From assembly GCF_006345805.1 (NCBI RefSeq), contig NC_042997.1, positions 143,716,001 to 143,780,000 on the forward strand: a DNA stretch of 64,000 nt. The letters are read 5' to 3'. The notes under the pieces are model-generated. The model worked only from the letters and a program-made list of their open reading frames with translations, searched no databases and was not told the origin of the DNA. The position numbers and the translations under genes were made by a program. The stretch is from Octopus sinensis. Taxonomy: Eukaryota. This document shows, piece after piece, positions 1 through 11,060 of the stretch (position 1 is the first letter of the stretch; the number at the start of each line of letters is the position of its first letter).

Positions 1-7
1 TCCCTGA

Positions 8-430
8 CCCTACCTCCCAACCCGGCTCGTTCCCCTGCTCCCGCCACGTTGCCGCACTTGCCCTTACCTCTCCAACACCACCCGCCTCACTAGCACCCAC
101 CATCGACCCTATCCCATCATCCACTCCTTCACCTGCACCTCCAGCAATATTATCTATTGCATCTCTTGCTCTCTCTGCAATTCCTTGTACATCGGACAAA
201 CGGGACGCCGCTTGGCTGACCGGTTCGCGGAACACCTTCGTGACATCCACCTTACGAACGACACACCGGTCTCACGCCATTTCCGCTCCACCGGTCACTC
301 CTTGCAACACCTATCTGTGTTCGGTTTGTCCTTACACAGAGGCCATCCGGATTCCCGTTTGCGCCGTGAACAGGAATTAATCTTCTCTCTTCGCTCTTAT
401 ACGCCATTTGGTCTCAACTCTCCCCCCCCT
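8..430 (+). mobile_element. Penelope-like element (PLE), C-terminal GIY-YIG endonuclease coding fragment
   Basis: Frame of ORF 185..808 extended upstream reads RCRTCPY...FTCTSSNIIYCISCSLCNSLYIGQTGRRLADRFAEH...HF...H...REQELIFSL...PFGLN, the PLE GIY-YIG pattern with Cys motifs. Sequence past ~430 is a CT-rich tract, not protein. Confidence 0.9.
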
Positions 431-760
431 CCTCATCTAACCCCCCTCTCCCCCCTCCTCACCTATCCTTTCTCCCCCCGACCCCTACTTCTTCAGTCCT
501 TCATCCTTTCACCCCTACTCCCCTTCCCTTCTTCCCTCTTTCTCCCTCCCTCTTCCCCTTCCCTCTGCTCCCTCACTCCCTCTCTCCCCCTCTCCCTCTT
601 TCCTCCTTCATCCCCCTCCTCCCCTTCCTTCTCCCCCATCCTCTCCTCTTCCCCCTTCTCCTCCCCCTCTTCTTCCCCTCCCCTTCCCCCCTCTTCTCCC
701 CCTCCCCCTCTTCTCCCCCTCTTCTTCCCCTCTTCTCCCCCTCCCCCTCTTCTCCTCACT
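430..760. repeat. Polypyrimidine (C/T) low-complexity tract
   Basis: Almost purely C/T on the + strand; source of the spurious P/S-rich and G/E/R-rich ORFs. Confidence 0.9.
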
Positions 761-800
761 ACACCACATGACTTTACACATCACATCACATATGATGTGC

Positions 801-1140
801 CATACTAATACACACACCAACTAATACATACTAATACGTACTAATACATACTAGTACATACTAATACTTACATCAAACCTATACATACACACGTCCAGAC
901 CCCGCATACGCACTTATACTCTCTCACACACACACACACATACCTATACATACCAATACGTACTAATACATACTAATACATACTAATACATACTAATACA
1001 TACACCAACCCCATACATACGCACGTCCAGACCAATCTTACGCACTAATACTCTCTCATACACACACACACACACACACACCCTTATACATACTAATACA
1101 TACACCAACCCTATACATACACACATCCAGACCCCTCCCA
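801..1140. repeat. (CATACTAATA)n 10-bp minisatellite within 2-3 imperfect ~120-130 bp local duplications
   Basis: Repeated tactaataca units; cacgtccagacc...atactctctca(ca)n blocks recur at ~890, ~1020 and ~1120. Confidence 0.75.
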
Positions 1141-1199
1141 CGCACTTTTAGCTGGTCCCTCAACCCGTTTATCAACCCTATTATCTCCCCTTATTTCGC

Positions 1200-1456
1200 T
1201 CTCGCGTCTCATGTTTGATCTTTGACCTCTGGCCGAAATCAGATCGCCATGTTGATTCGTTAGCTACTGCACGCATTTTTTTTCTCTCCTTCTTTCTGTG
1301 TTTTTCTCTCTCTGTGTATCTTTCTGTTGAAGAGCGTAGGCTCGAAACGTTAAAGACTTGTTTTATTTATATTTCCTGAGCGCCATACTAATACAATTGT
1401 TCGTTTGTTTTCCACCTGCCTTCGTCTTTTGTTTATTTTCATAAAGCTTCCCGTTA
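1200..1456 (+). mobile_element. PLE terminal repeat (pLTR)-like segment with hammerhead motif, ending in (TA)n
   Basis: Downstream of the GIY-YIG ORF; homologous to 2728-2945 and (minus strand) 13125-13320, sharing the hammerhead-like core and a downstream ttcctgagcg motif. Confidence 0.7.
1319..1356 (+). ncRNA. Minimal type I hammerhead ribozyme motif (core variant CUGUUGA)
   Basis: tcttt-CTGTTGA-A-GAGC(gtag)GCTC-GAA-ACGT-T-aaaga: stem I tcttt/aaaga, 4-bp stem II, palindromic ACGT stem III. Core A6 is replaced by U. Confidence 0.6.
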
Positions 1457-1479
1457 TATATATATATATATATATATAC

Positions 1480-1697
1480 ATGTGTGCATGTGTATGCTTG
1501 TGTGTCTGTGTTTGTACCCCCATCATCGCTTGACAACCGATTTTGGTGCGTTTACGTCCCCGTAACTTAGCAGCTCGGCACAAGAAAACGATAGAATAAG
1601 TACTAGGCTTACAAAGAATAAGTCCTAGGGTAGATTTGCTCAACTAAAGGCGGTGCCCCATCATGGCCGCAGTCAAATGACTGAAACAAATAAAATA
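1480..1697 (+). mobile_element. tRNA-derived SINE family B, 3' half
   Basis: Matches the 3' half of full copies at 15121-15527 and 16181-16599; ends ggcggtgcccc..catggccgcagtcaaatgactgaaac. Confidence 0.85.
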
Positions 1698-1760
1698 TTA
1701 TTAATGCGTTTTATCACAGTTATCTTGAGGAAGAATATGACCAAGTATTTATTTACACAG

Positions 1761-2067
1761 TGGAGGCGCAATGGCCCAGTGGTTAGGGCAGCGGACTCGC
1801 AGTCGGAGGATCGCGGTTTCGTTTCCCACACCGGGCGTTGTGTTTGTGTTTACTGAGCGAAAACACCTAAGACTCCACGAGGCTCCAGCAGGAGGTGGTG
1901 GCAACCCCTGTTGTATTCTTTCGCCCCAACTTTCTCTCACTCTTTCTCCCTGTTTCTTGAGTAACGCAACGATGGACTGGTGTCCCGTCCAGCTGGGGTG
2001 AACACATACGCCACAGAAACCGGGAAACCGGGCCCATGAGCCTGGTTAGGCTTGAAAAGGCACATAA
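1761..2067 (+). mobile_element. tRNA-derived SINE family C (tRNA-Arg-like head) with 11-bp TSD
   Basis: Head ggaggcgcaatggcccagtggttagggcagcggactcgc...ggtttcgtttcc with A/B-box-like motifs; TSD tatttacacag at 1750-1760 and 2068-2078; other copies at 23113 and 37056. Confidence 0.85.
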
Positions 2068-2727
2068 TATTTACACAGATTATATCAGTGATGTCTACCT
2101 ACTCATGATACTTATTTACAACTAGTTTGAGTTGAGCCAGCGAATGTTAAGTATTTTCTGGCCATTGACACAGCGCAATGCTAGTGACGGTGTAGGCCCT
2201 ACACTACCAGAACTGCAAAACTCCCGCAAGGATGTTTGACATCACAATAACTAGGCGGAATATATGCTTTCAGATTCAAATAAAATATTTAAACACATAC
2301 ACCCTTTACATAAATTAATATTTCTCTATCACATTCTCACATATCTGTGCGCGTATATAGATATGCATACATGTATACGTATAAACATACACACATATAA
2401 AAATACACATACATACATGCATACATGCATACATGCATACATGCATACATGCATACATGCATACATGCATGCATACATACAAATATTTATATTATATATA
2501 TATATATAAATATAATTAAGGGTTAAGCAACAAGCTGCTTCACCACATACCGAAAATTTAGAAATAGCAGCCAAATACAGCTTATTCCTTTTTACTACAG
2601 ATATTACTCCACAGATAACAATATTTGTAACTCACATAGGCAAAAGAAGAAAAATAACGAAATCAAACAGTCTTCGATTAATTGTGGACGCGTTTTTGGG
2701 TTAGAATTCTATATATATAAGTCGCCA

Positions 2728-2945
2728 TGATAGATCGGTAGCCACGACACACATTTTTTTTCTCTCCTTGTTTTTTTTTCTGTGTTCCTTTCTGTAGAAG
2801 AGCGTAGGCTCGAAACGTAAAAGACTTTTTCTATTCCTGAGCGTTATACTAATGCAGCTATTTGTTTTTTACACCACCTGTCTTCGACTTTTGTTTTTTA
2901 CACCACCTGTCTTCGACTTTTGTTTTTTTCGTGAACTCTCCTATA
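2728..2945 (+). mobile_element. Solo PLE pLTR-like element between (TA)n tracts
   Basis: Homologous to 1200-1456; carries a hammerhead motif and an internal 31-bp tandem duplication (ttgttttttacaccacctgtcttcgactt). Confidence 0.7.
2788..2823 (+). ncRNA. Minimal type I hammerhead ribozyme motif (core variant CUGUAGA)
   Basis: cttt-CTGTAGA-A-GAGC(gtag)GCTC-GAA-ACGT-A-aaag; GUA cleavage triplet; A6 is replaced by U. Confidence 0.6.
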
Positions 2946-2952
2946 TATATAT

Positions 2953-4308
2953 AGGGAGAAGCTGTTTAACTCAGCTCCTACAACACTATGACTGGGTGCT
3001 GAAACGGCTGCTCAACCACTCAAATGTGGAAGTGATATATCTCGACTTTGCAAAGGCCTTTGATAAAGTCGATCATGGAATGATATGTCACAAACTGCGT
3101 GATCTCAACATAGTTGGAAAACTGGGAGAATGGCTTCATGACTTTCTGAAGGATAGAAGTCAGGTGGTAGTAGCCAATGGGGCCACCTCCATTAACACAC
3201 AAATAGTGAGCGGTGTTCCGCAGGGCACTGTTCTGGGACCACTACTGTTCATAATGGCCCTCTCAGACATGCCCTCAGCCACGCAGAGAGCCACGATCAC
3301 AAGTTATGCAGATGATACAAAAGTTTCACAGGCAATACAGAACCCTGAGGACACTAAACACCTGCAATGTGAGCTGGACGAAATATACAAGTGGGCTGAA
3401 AAGAATAGCATGCAGTTCAATGCTGGAAAGTTTCAAGCTTTATACTATCAGCATGCAAAACTGAATGCAATACCCAATGAATGCACTGGACCCGGAGGGA
3501 TTGCAATCCCAGAGGCACAATCAGTGCGTGACCTGGGTATTCACATGAGTGATGACGCGACCTTTCATGTACATGTTGCTAAACTGACAATGAAATGTAG
3601 ACGGCTGGCTGGCTGGATTCTTAGAACCTTTAGAACAAGAGAACAAGAAACCATGATGGTCCTCTGGAAGACACTTGTCCTAAGCCACTTTGACTATTGC
3701 TCTCAGCTATGGTCACCATCCAGTTTCAAGTTGATCACAGAACTTGAGGCGATCCAACGAAGCTACACAAAGAAGATAGCCTCTATGCAGAATGTAAGCT
3801 ACTGGGAAAGACTCAAGAGATTAAAATTATATTCCCTGGAGCGTAGGCGGGAAAGATATGCCATAATATACATCTGGAAGATCCTGGAGGGAAGTGTCCT
3901 GAACTTTGGCATCGAGAGTTACGCAAATGCCAGAACTGGGCGCCACTGCGTGGTGCCTAGGACTCCAAACCTGCCATCAAGATGTAGGACAAGATTCTGT
4001 GATAGCCTGGGCTTCCGAGGCCCACAGCTCTTCAATATCCTCCCGAAGAACCTGAGAGACCTGCATGGGGTGGATACAGATGTCTTTAAAATGAAGCTGG
4101 ATCTCTTCCTGTCAGGTGTCCCAGATGAACCAACTTCACGGCAGGAGGGGCAGATGAGGGCAGCTGCATCGAACTCTCTCATGCACCAAATAGCAGTTGC
4201 TAGAAAGCCTCCATGAAGTGAAACCAAGTAGCAACACCAAATGGCGGTGCCCCAGCATGGCCACAGCTCATAAGCTGAAACTAGAATCAATCAATCAATC
4301 AATCAATC
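2953..4308 (+). mobile_element. 5'-truncated CR1/L2-group LINE: RT domain, C-terminus, 3'UTR and (ATCA)n tail
   Basis: Uninterrupted frame GRSCLTQLL..YLDFAKAFDKVDH..GVPQGTVLGPLLF..YADD..RDLG..LYSLERRRER to a stop at 4216; begins abruptly after (TA)n; tail atca x5-6. Confidence 0.95.
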
Positions 4309-4355
4309 ATATATATACACACATTTATACATGATATATATATACATTTATACGT

Positions 4356-4443
<88 letters not shown>

Positions 4444-4629
4444 TGTGCGTGTGAGTGTGTGTGTATATATAATGGGAAACTATCTATCATTATATATTTA
4501 TAGGTGTACACCTCCACCACAACACACAGCAGTGCAATGAAAACAAAAACAAAAACACAGCAAAAAACAATTATAATGTTATGGTAAAAAAAATCATTTT
4601 GGAACTTCGATTGATTTTCATGCACTTAC

Positions 4630-4717
4630 ATGTCAAGTGCTCAGTTATTTGTTGACGAAAAAATTTAACGGAAGCTAAAACTTCGGAAATCGTTAGTCCG
4701 GAGTTTTGTTCAATTTT
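4630..4717 (-). CDS. Candidate internal coding exon (88 nt, KIEQNSGLTISEVLASVKFFRQQITEHLT), product unknown
   Basis: Minus strand: ttttccataaacgacag acceptor, open frame, consensus gtaagt donor, non-repetitive sequence. No homology recognised. Confidence 0.4.
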
Positions 4718-5239
4718 CTGTCGTTTATGGAAAATGGAAGAAATTTTGGATTAAGCATATAAGTACAGAGTGTTGAATATCATAACATGCCCTGATTGGA
4801 TGAAATAGGACAAAAAGGATCTTAGTCATTGAGAAGGTAACACTTATCTAAAATATATAGGGAACAGGTTCCAAAAAGGGAAGGTGAAATTAAATAAAAC
4901 GATAGATATCGGCATATGAAAAATATGACAAACCATGAAAGACATGTTTATGTATGTATATAACTATACATGTATGTGTGTGTGTATGTAATTATGTATA
5001 TGTATGTGTATTTACATACATATATATGTGCATGCATATATATATATAACAAAATAGAAAGAAACAACTACAAAAGACTTGTATTATATGGTTAAAAAAT
5101 ATATTAAAATCGTTATGTTAGGGAAACGTTATAAAATTTTGTGAAAGAAATCTAGCTGTTTCTTGCAATAGATACATCTATAACAACCTTTTTTCATAGA
5201 CCCATAAAATAATAGTGGACTCTTTTGTTTATGTGGACC

Positions 5240-5293
5240 CTCCAAAACATATGGCCCCCCAATGGTCATATGGACCCCAGTTGAGAACCACTG
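5240..5293. mobile_element. hAT-like transposon terminus remnant
   Basis: Ends gaccccagttgagaaccactg (reverse complement cagtggttctcaac), a typical hAT/Charlie-like TIR; partner end not found. Confidence 0.4.
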
Positions 5294-5565
5294 ATTTTTT
5301 GATTGATCTCCATCGTACCATAAACGCAAAAGGGTTAAGAGCTATTGGCTCAGGGCTTTGTTACGATGTTTTACGTTTATTAATATCATATGTTAAAGAG
5401 CGTATAATCAACCGCCAGAATGTCTGCATCAGTGAATAGCTAATGATACATTATCATATAAATTAAAATTTCCTTGAAGGAATTAAATCTAAGTATTATA
5501 TTGATTCCAATTAATAAATGAATGACAAATGGACAGGAGTCGCATAATTGCTTTCATTAGCTTAC

Positions 5566-5606
5566 AGCTGTTTCTGCTAAAGCGAATAATAAACGTGCTT
5601 CCAGAA
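5566..5606 (-). CDS. Candidate coding exon (LEARLLFALAETA), phase-compatible with 4630-4717
   Basis: cag acceptor with weak pyrimidine tract (alternative tag acceptor gives start 5613), open frame ending in phase 0, gtaagc donor. Confidence 0.25.
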
Positions 5607-5790
5607 CTGAGTGCTAGTGAGGCATCCCTTTCGTATTATTACTCTCATAGCAAGGCAGCGAGCTGGCAGAGTTGTTAGCACGTTGGACGAAATGCTTAGC
5701 GGTATTTCGCCCGTCGCTACGTTGAGCCCCCACCCCAAATTTCAGGCCTCGTGCCTATAGTTGAAGGGATTTATTATTATTATTATTATT

Positions 5791-5826
<36 letters not shown>

Positions 5827-5850
5827 TTCATCATCATCATCATTATTATT

Positions 5851-6227
5851 GAGTGAGAGAGCAGTGCATGCCATCAAAGTGACACTGGGGTAAAATATAC
5901 GAAGCCCAATATACACATCATGACTACCCGTCTGATAAAGGTACACCAGGCACATGCATCACAACCATATGTGCGCGACATGGTGATCTAATATCAAGAT
6001 AAACAGCACATGACCTTGCAGGTGGGGCCCAGTTAGAATTTTCTTCATGTTGAGTAGCTCATCCCGCTCAAAAGGTCCCTGAATAAGGGTTGTTTAAGGA
6101 TGTTGAAAGAACCATCCATGTTTCCAGAGGTGAATTATTCAAACCCCAAAGAATCCCTCTCAACACATGGCTATGATGCTCCCCCACTACTTCTGCTCGT
6201 GATCAGAGATGCACATATCGTCAGCCA
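5851..6227 (-). mobile_element. Unclassified retroposon-like segment ending in (AAT)n(GAT)n
   Basis: Higher-GC block whose minus-strand 3' end abuts an AAT/GAT repeat and whose 5' end abuts the Dong 3' end; no ORF recognised. Confidence 0.4.
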
Positions 6228-6529
6228 TATTATTCAGTAGTTTTATTTTTATAGCGTGCTTTCACTTCACTACCGAGCGCATCTCTGTGTGCCTTGGGTA
6301 TGTGCTGTGATGTGTTGTGATGCTCTGATGGTTATTGTATGGAAAGTGTTCTGCGTAGGATGTGTGCAGTGCCTAGTAGTGCAATTTTCTGTATGTTATA
6401 TGTGTTTGTTAGTCCTGGAGTTTTTGTTATGTATTTGTCTGAATATTTTTTTATCATGCCTAATGCACCTACTATGATAGGGATTGTTTCGCTTTTTAGA
6501 TTCCGCATTCTGGTTACCTCTATTTCCAG

Positions 6530-6530
<1 letters not shown>
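6228..6530 (-). mobile_element. R4/Dong-clade LINE 3' fragment (RLE C-terminus plus 3'UTR)
   Basis: Minus frame 6529-6332 reads LEIEVTRMRNLKSETIPIIVGALGMIKK...QKIALLGTAHILRRTLSIQ*, typical of the R4 clade RLE end; 5' end abuts (ATT)n at 6531-6612. Confidence 0.8.
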
Positions 6531-6612
<82 letters not shown>

Positions 6613-6615
6613 TTT

Positions 6616-6835
6616 AAGGTGGTGAGCTGGTAGATATGTTAGCACGCAGGACGAAATGCTTAGCGGTATTTCGCCCGTCGCTACGTTCTGAGTTCAAATT
6701 CCACCGAGCTCGACTTTGTTTCTCATCCTTTCAGGGTCGATAAATTAAGGATCAGTTGCGTATTGGGGTCGATCTAATCAACTAGCCCCCACCCCAAATT
6801 TCAGGCCTCGTGCCTATAGTAGAAAGTAATTATTA

Positions 6836-6884
<49 letters not shown>

Positions 6885-7098
6885 GGCGGGGAGCTGGCAG
6901 AGTTGTTAGCACGCTGGGCGAAATGCATAGCAGTATTTCGCCCGTCACTACGTTCTGAGTTCAAATTCCGCCGAGGTCGACTTTGCTTTTCATCCTTTCA
7001 GGGTCGATAAATTAAATCCTAGTTGCGTACTGGTGTCGAGCTAATCGACTGCCCCCCCCACACCAAATTTCAGGTCATGTGCCTATTGTAGAAAGGAT
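6616..7098 (+). mobile_element. Two tandem SINE family A copies separated by (ATT)n
   Basis: Heads aaggcggcgagctggcag..gagttcaaattccgccgaggtcgac at 6616 and 6883, each ending gtgcct..gtagaaag followed by (att)n. Confidence 0.85.
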
Positions 7099-7185
7099 TA
7101 TTATTCGCATAGAAAATGGGTCTTCTTTAAGAATTCTGTTTAACGATATATTTGTTCTTGTTATTCGTTAAATCTTTGATTCATT

Positions 7186-7575
7186 TACTTATTTTAGTCA
7201 TTTGACTGTGGCCATGTTGGAGAATCGTTTTGAGAGGTTTTAGTCGAAAGAAACGACCCCTCATTCTATCGTTTTCTATTACCGAACTGCTAAGCTATGG
7301 GGACGTAAACGTACCAACACCAGTTGTCAAGCAGTGATGGGGGGGGGGGACAAACATAGACACAAAGTTATAACACAACACACACACATACACATACACG
7401 ATGGGCTTCTTTCAGTTTCCGTCTACCAAATCCACTGATGAGGCTTTAGTGTCCCGAGGTTATGGTAGAAGACAGGGGTCTTTTCTGTTTGGCTGTACTT
7501 GTAGAAATTTCGAAGTTTATTGAAAATCTTAAAATTTGCACGCTGTGGGACTGAACCTGGAACCATGTGGTTGGT
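7186..7575 (-). mobile_element. SINE family B, near full length
   Basis: Reverse complement of the 15121/16181 family with an internal (CA)n. Confidence 0.8.
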
Positions 7576-7896
7576 AGTATTTTTTTTTCATATATTTTAT
7601 GCCATTTCTGCTTTGGAAATATGCTTGGCATAAAGTTATACATATAGCATGCTACATAGAGAAGAATTGTCCTAGTGAGTCATTTCAGCGATGTCAATTT
7701 TGATTCCTCTTTTCGGCCACTTAGAGTTTACTAAAAATAACAGCCAGATCTCCCTCAAATTACGCCCTACTGTCTCGATAGAAGGTTGTGTTGAGTGATG
7801 TAATAATAAATATACAAAACGATAGGATGTTCACGACTGGAACGAATTTAATCATGTGTGATCTAGCAAACCTGGCCCGAAGAAGCAAGACAGCAA

Positions 7897-8540
7897 CGAC
7901 GACGACGACGAGGGCGATGGCGACGACGAGGGCGATGGCGACGACGACGAGGGCGATGGCGACGACGAGGGCGATAGCGACGACGAGGGCGATGGCGACG
8001 ACGAGGGCGATGGCGACGACGAGGGCGATGGCGACGACGAGGGCGATGGCGACGACGAGGGCGATGGCGACGACGAGGGCGATGGCGACGACGAGGGCGA
8101 TAGCGACGACGAGGACGATGGCGACGACGAGGGCGATGGCGACGACGAGGGCGATAGCGACGACGAGGGCGATGGCGACGACGAGGGCGATGGCGACGAC
8201 GAGGGCGATGGCGACGACGAGGGCGATAGCGACGACGAGGGCGATGGCGACGACGAGGGCGATGGCGACGACGAGGGCGATGGCGACGACGAGGGCGATG
8301 GCGACGACGAGGGCGATAGCGACGACGAGGGCGATGGTGACGACGACGAGGGCGATGGCGACGACGACGAGGGCGATGGTGACGACGACGAGGGCGATGG
8401 CGACGACGAGGGCGATGGCGACGACGACGAGGGCGATGGTGACGACGACGAGGGCGATGGCGTCGACGAGGGCGATGGCGACGACGAGGGCGATGGCGAC
8501 GACGAGGGCGATGGTGACGACGAGGGCGATGGCGACGACA
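7897..8540. repeat. GC-rich 18-bp minisatellite (GACGACGAGGGCGATGGC)n, about 35 units
   Basis: Direct reading; variant units (gatagc, gatggt, extra gac). Followed by a degenerate GAC/GAT tract to ~8745. Confidence 0.95.
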
Positions 8541-9197
8541 GCGGTGGAGGCAATTTAGCGATGACGACGACGGCGACGACGAAGATGACAATAACGAAAA
8601 TTACAACGACTACGATGAGAACGCCGCCGCCGACGACGACGACAGCGACTGCGATGACGATAATGACGACTGCAACGATGACGGCGACGCTAACGAGAAT
8701 TACAATGACGAGGTTTACAACGACGACGGCGACGACGACGATACAGCTACAATATAAGGCCCTTTATTCTTTGATTTCAATGAGATCAAACACCCATTCA
8801 AGGAAACTGCTGATTATGAATAGTTAAACGAAAAATTCAGATTTTTAGATGTTTGCTTCACTTCATATCTCTTGTGTTTTCTAATACATAAACAGTTTAT
8901 TGGTTTATCAGTGTACCGACATATTCATCTATCTGTGTGTATAGAATATTGATGATGCGGGAACATATCTGTTCAATTTTATAGATTTGTTTTCGTTAAC
9001 AAACGCCATTGCTAAAATTTTCCAATGTCAACACTATACGGCATTTATCGTTGTTTGGCTGTGTAACAATTTAAAATATCATAAATGATTAGTTATTTAT
9101 TTACTGCGGTCGCCTACAACAATTTGTGACGTAGGAAACAGATGCACGATTGTTTGTCAAGATTTAAAAATAATCACTTACAAGCTAGTTTGATTAC

Positions 9198-9229
<32 letters not shown>

Positions 9230-9544
9230 CTATTATCATTATTACTAGTAGTATTGTTATTAAGCGGCAAGCAGGCAGAATCAATCGTTGACACGATAGT
9301 CGGGTGTCGTTGTTAGAAATTACAATTTGAGTTGCAACTAAGGCGGCAAGCTGACAGAATCAGCAAAATGCTTAGTAGCGTTTCGTCCGTCTTCGTGTTC
9401 TGTGTTCAAATTCCACCGAGGTCGACTTTACCTTTCATCCTTTCGAGGTCGATAAAAAATGTAATCGACTCGCCCCTCTTCTAAAATGGCATGTCTTGTA
9501 TCAAAATTTGAATCCATCATCATCATCATTATTATTATTATTAT

Positions 9545-10145
9545 TTCTTTTTATCTCAGGTTTTACTGGAACTTCTGGAGCCTTGCATGCGTAGAGGGCT
9601 TGCTGCCTGCAGCCTACGGTACGATGCATGATATCTGTTCTTTTCATCTATCTAATACTTGTCTGATTATTCTGGCTGTGCCAAGGAGACAAACCTTTTG
9701 TTATAGATCTACTGGGCACTCTATTCCAGTTTCCTATATATTCCCCTTGATGCCTTCTGATACTGTTCCCAAAGACCCAGCAATAATTGGCACTATCTTC
9801 ACCTTCTTTTTCCATAGCCGGGCTATTTCGTACTTAAGAGGGTTGTATTTATTTATCTTTTCGCCTCCCTTATTGACTATTCGTGGGTCAAAGGAGCATG
9901 CAACATCAACAATATAGCATATGTGGTGCACCAGTAGGTCCGGTCTGTTATGTTCTAGCATCTGATTTGTTTGGATTAGGAAATCTCAGAGGATTTTACA
10001 AGTCTCTGGCTCTGCTACTCTCTGCATGGGAAACTGCCAGGTTTTCATATAGAAACCTTGTCCAGATCTTCACATACAGATGCGGATAAATGGTCAAGAA
10101 TGACTGACAGAGGCCCCTAAATGATCCACACCTGGAGTCCTGCTC
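9545..10145 (-). mobile_element. R4/Dong-clade LINE 3' fragment, decayed RLE domain
   Basis: Minus strand KIL*DFLIQTNQMLEHNRPDLL..IVDVACSFD..KINKY.PLKYEIARLW..KIVPIIAGSLG...QKVCLLGTARII; 3' end abuts (AAT)n. Confidence 0.85.
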
Positions 10146-10183
10146 ACATTTCTGAGATGGTGGTGGTGGTGGTGTTGCAACTA

Positions 10184-10214
<31 letters not shown>

Positions 10215-10484
10215 ACTACTACTACTACTACTGCTACTGCTGCTGCTGCTTTTGCTGCTGCTGAGGCTGCTATTGCTGCTTTTGCTGCTGTATACATGCA
10301 CATGCGAACTCACACACATCCAAAATAGCATCCAAATATGTAATTTATCTGATAACTGGCAAAAATTGACTTACCGATACTATATTAGAGTTTACAGATA
10401 TACAGTTTACACACACGCACACGCACGCACACACACACACAACACACACACACACACACACTCTCTCTCTCTCTGTCTTCTACC

Positions 10485-11060
10485 TTGACCGCAATAAAAA
10501 CTGCTCATCTGAACTTAAATATTCTCTCCAAGCCGTCAACGTCGTCATTGGCTTTATCTCATATCAGGAATTTATTTTCTTCAAAACTGAACGTTTCCTT
10601 TATGCCGATGGCGTTGATGACTCTGTAGACCAATTCCTGCATAGAAGAGTCGAGGACAATGGCTGCATGTCAATGTTGGTGGAGGACGAGGTTGATTTCT
10701 ATCAAGCCTTTTTCTCCTGTCTTCCATTTCTCTTTCGGTGGCTTTGAAGTTTTGGTCCCGATGGTACGGTCTCAGGCTTGTGTTACAGACGATTTGGGTT
10801 CAATTCTAGTGGATTTCAGAGTTACTTTGAGTTGGTCCTTGTATCTTTGTAGAGGACAACCCCGTGGTTTTCTTCCTGAAGTGAGCTCACTGAATAAAAC
10901 TTGGCATGGGAACCCTGACTCTTCCATTCCTGTTACATGTCTTGACCATCTAAGACGGTGTTTCAAGATCAGCGATTCGATACTTTGACTGTTGGCTTTT
11001 GCCAAGACTTTGTTGTTGGTAACATAGTGTTCCCATTAGATGTTCAAGATCGAACGAAAC
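10485..11060 (-). mobile_element. RTE-clade LINE 3' fragment, frameshifted
   Basis: ILNI*W..VTNNKVLAKAN..SIESLILKHRLRWSRHVTGMEE..PCQVLFSEL..GRKPRG.P..RYKDQLK, the RTE post-RT signature. Confidence 0.85.

Noticed and set aside
2852-2952. N-terminus of the 454-aa ORF (MQLFVFYTT...)
   Set aside because: Comes from the upstream PLE-like element and (TA)n; the LINE itself starts at ~2953, so this is a chance fusion, not an intact ORF2.
7788-8827. TTRAMA, SSPSPS and HRPRRR repeat proteins
   Set aside because: Stop-free frames are an automatic consequence of the 18-bp unit.
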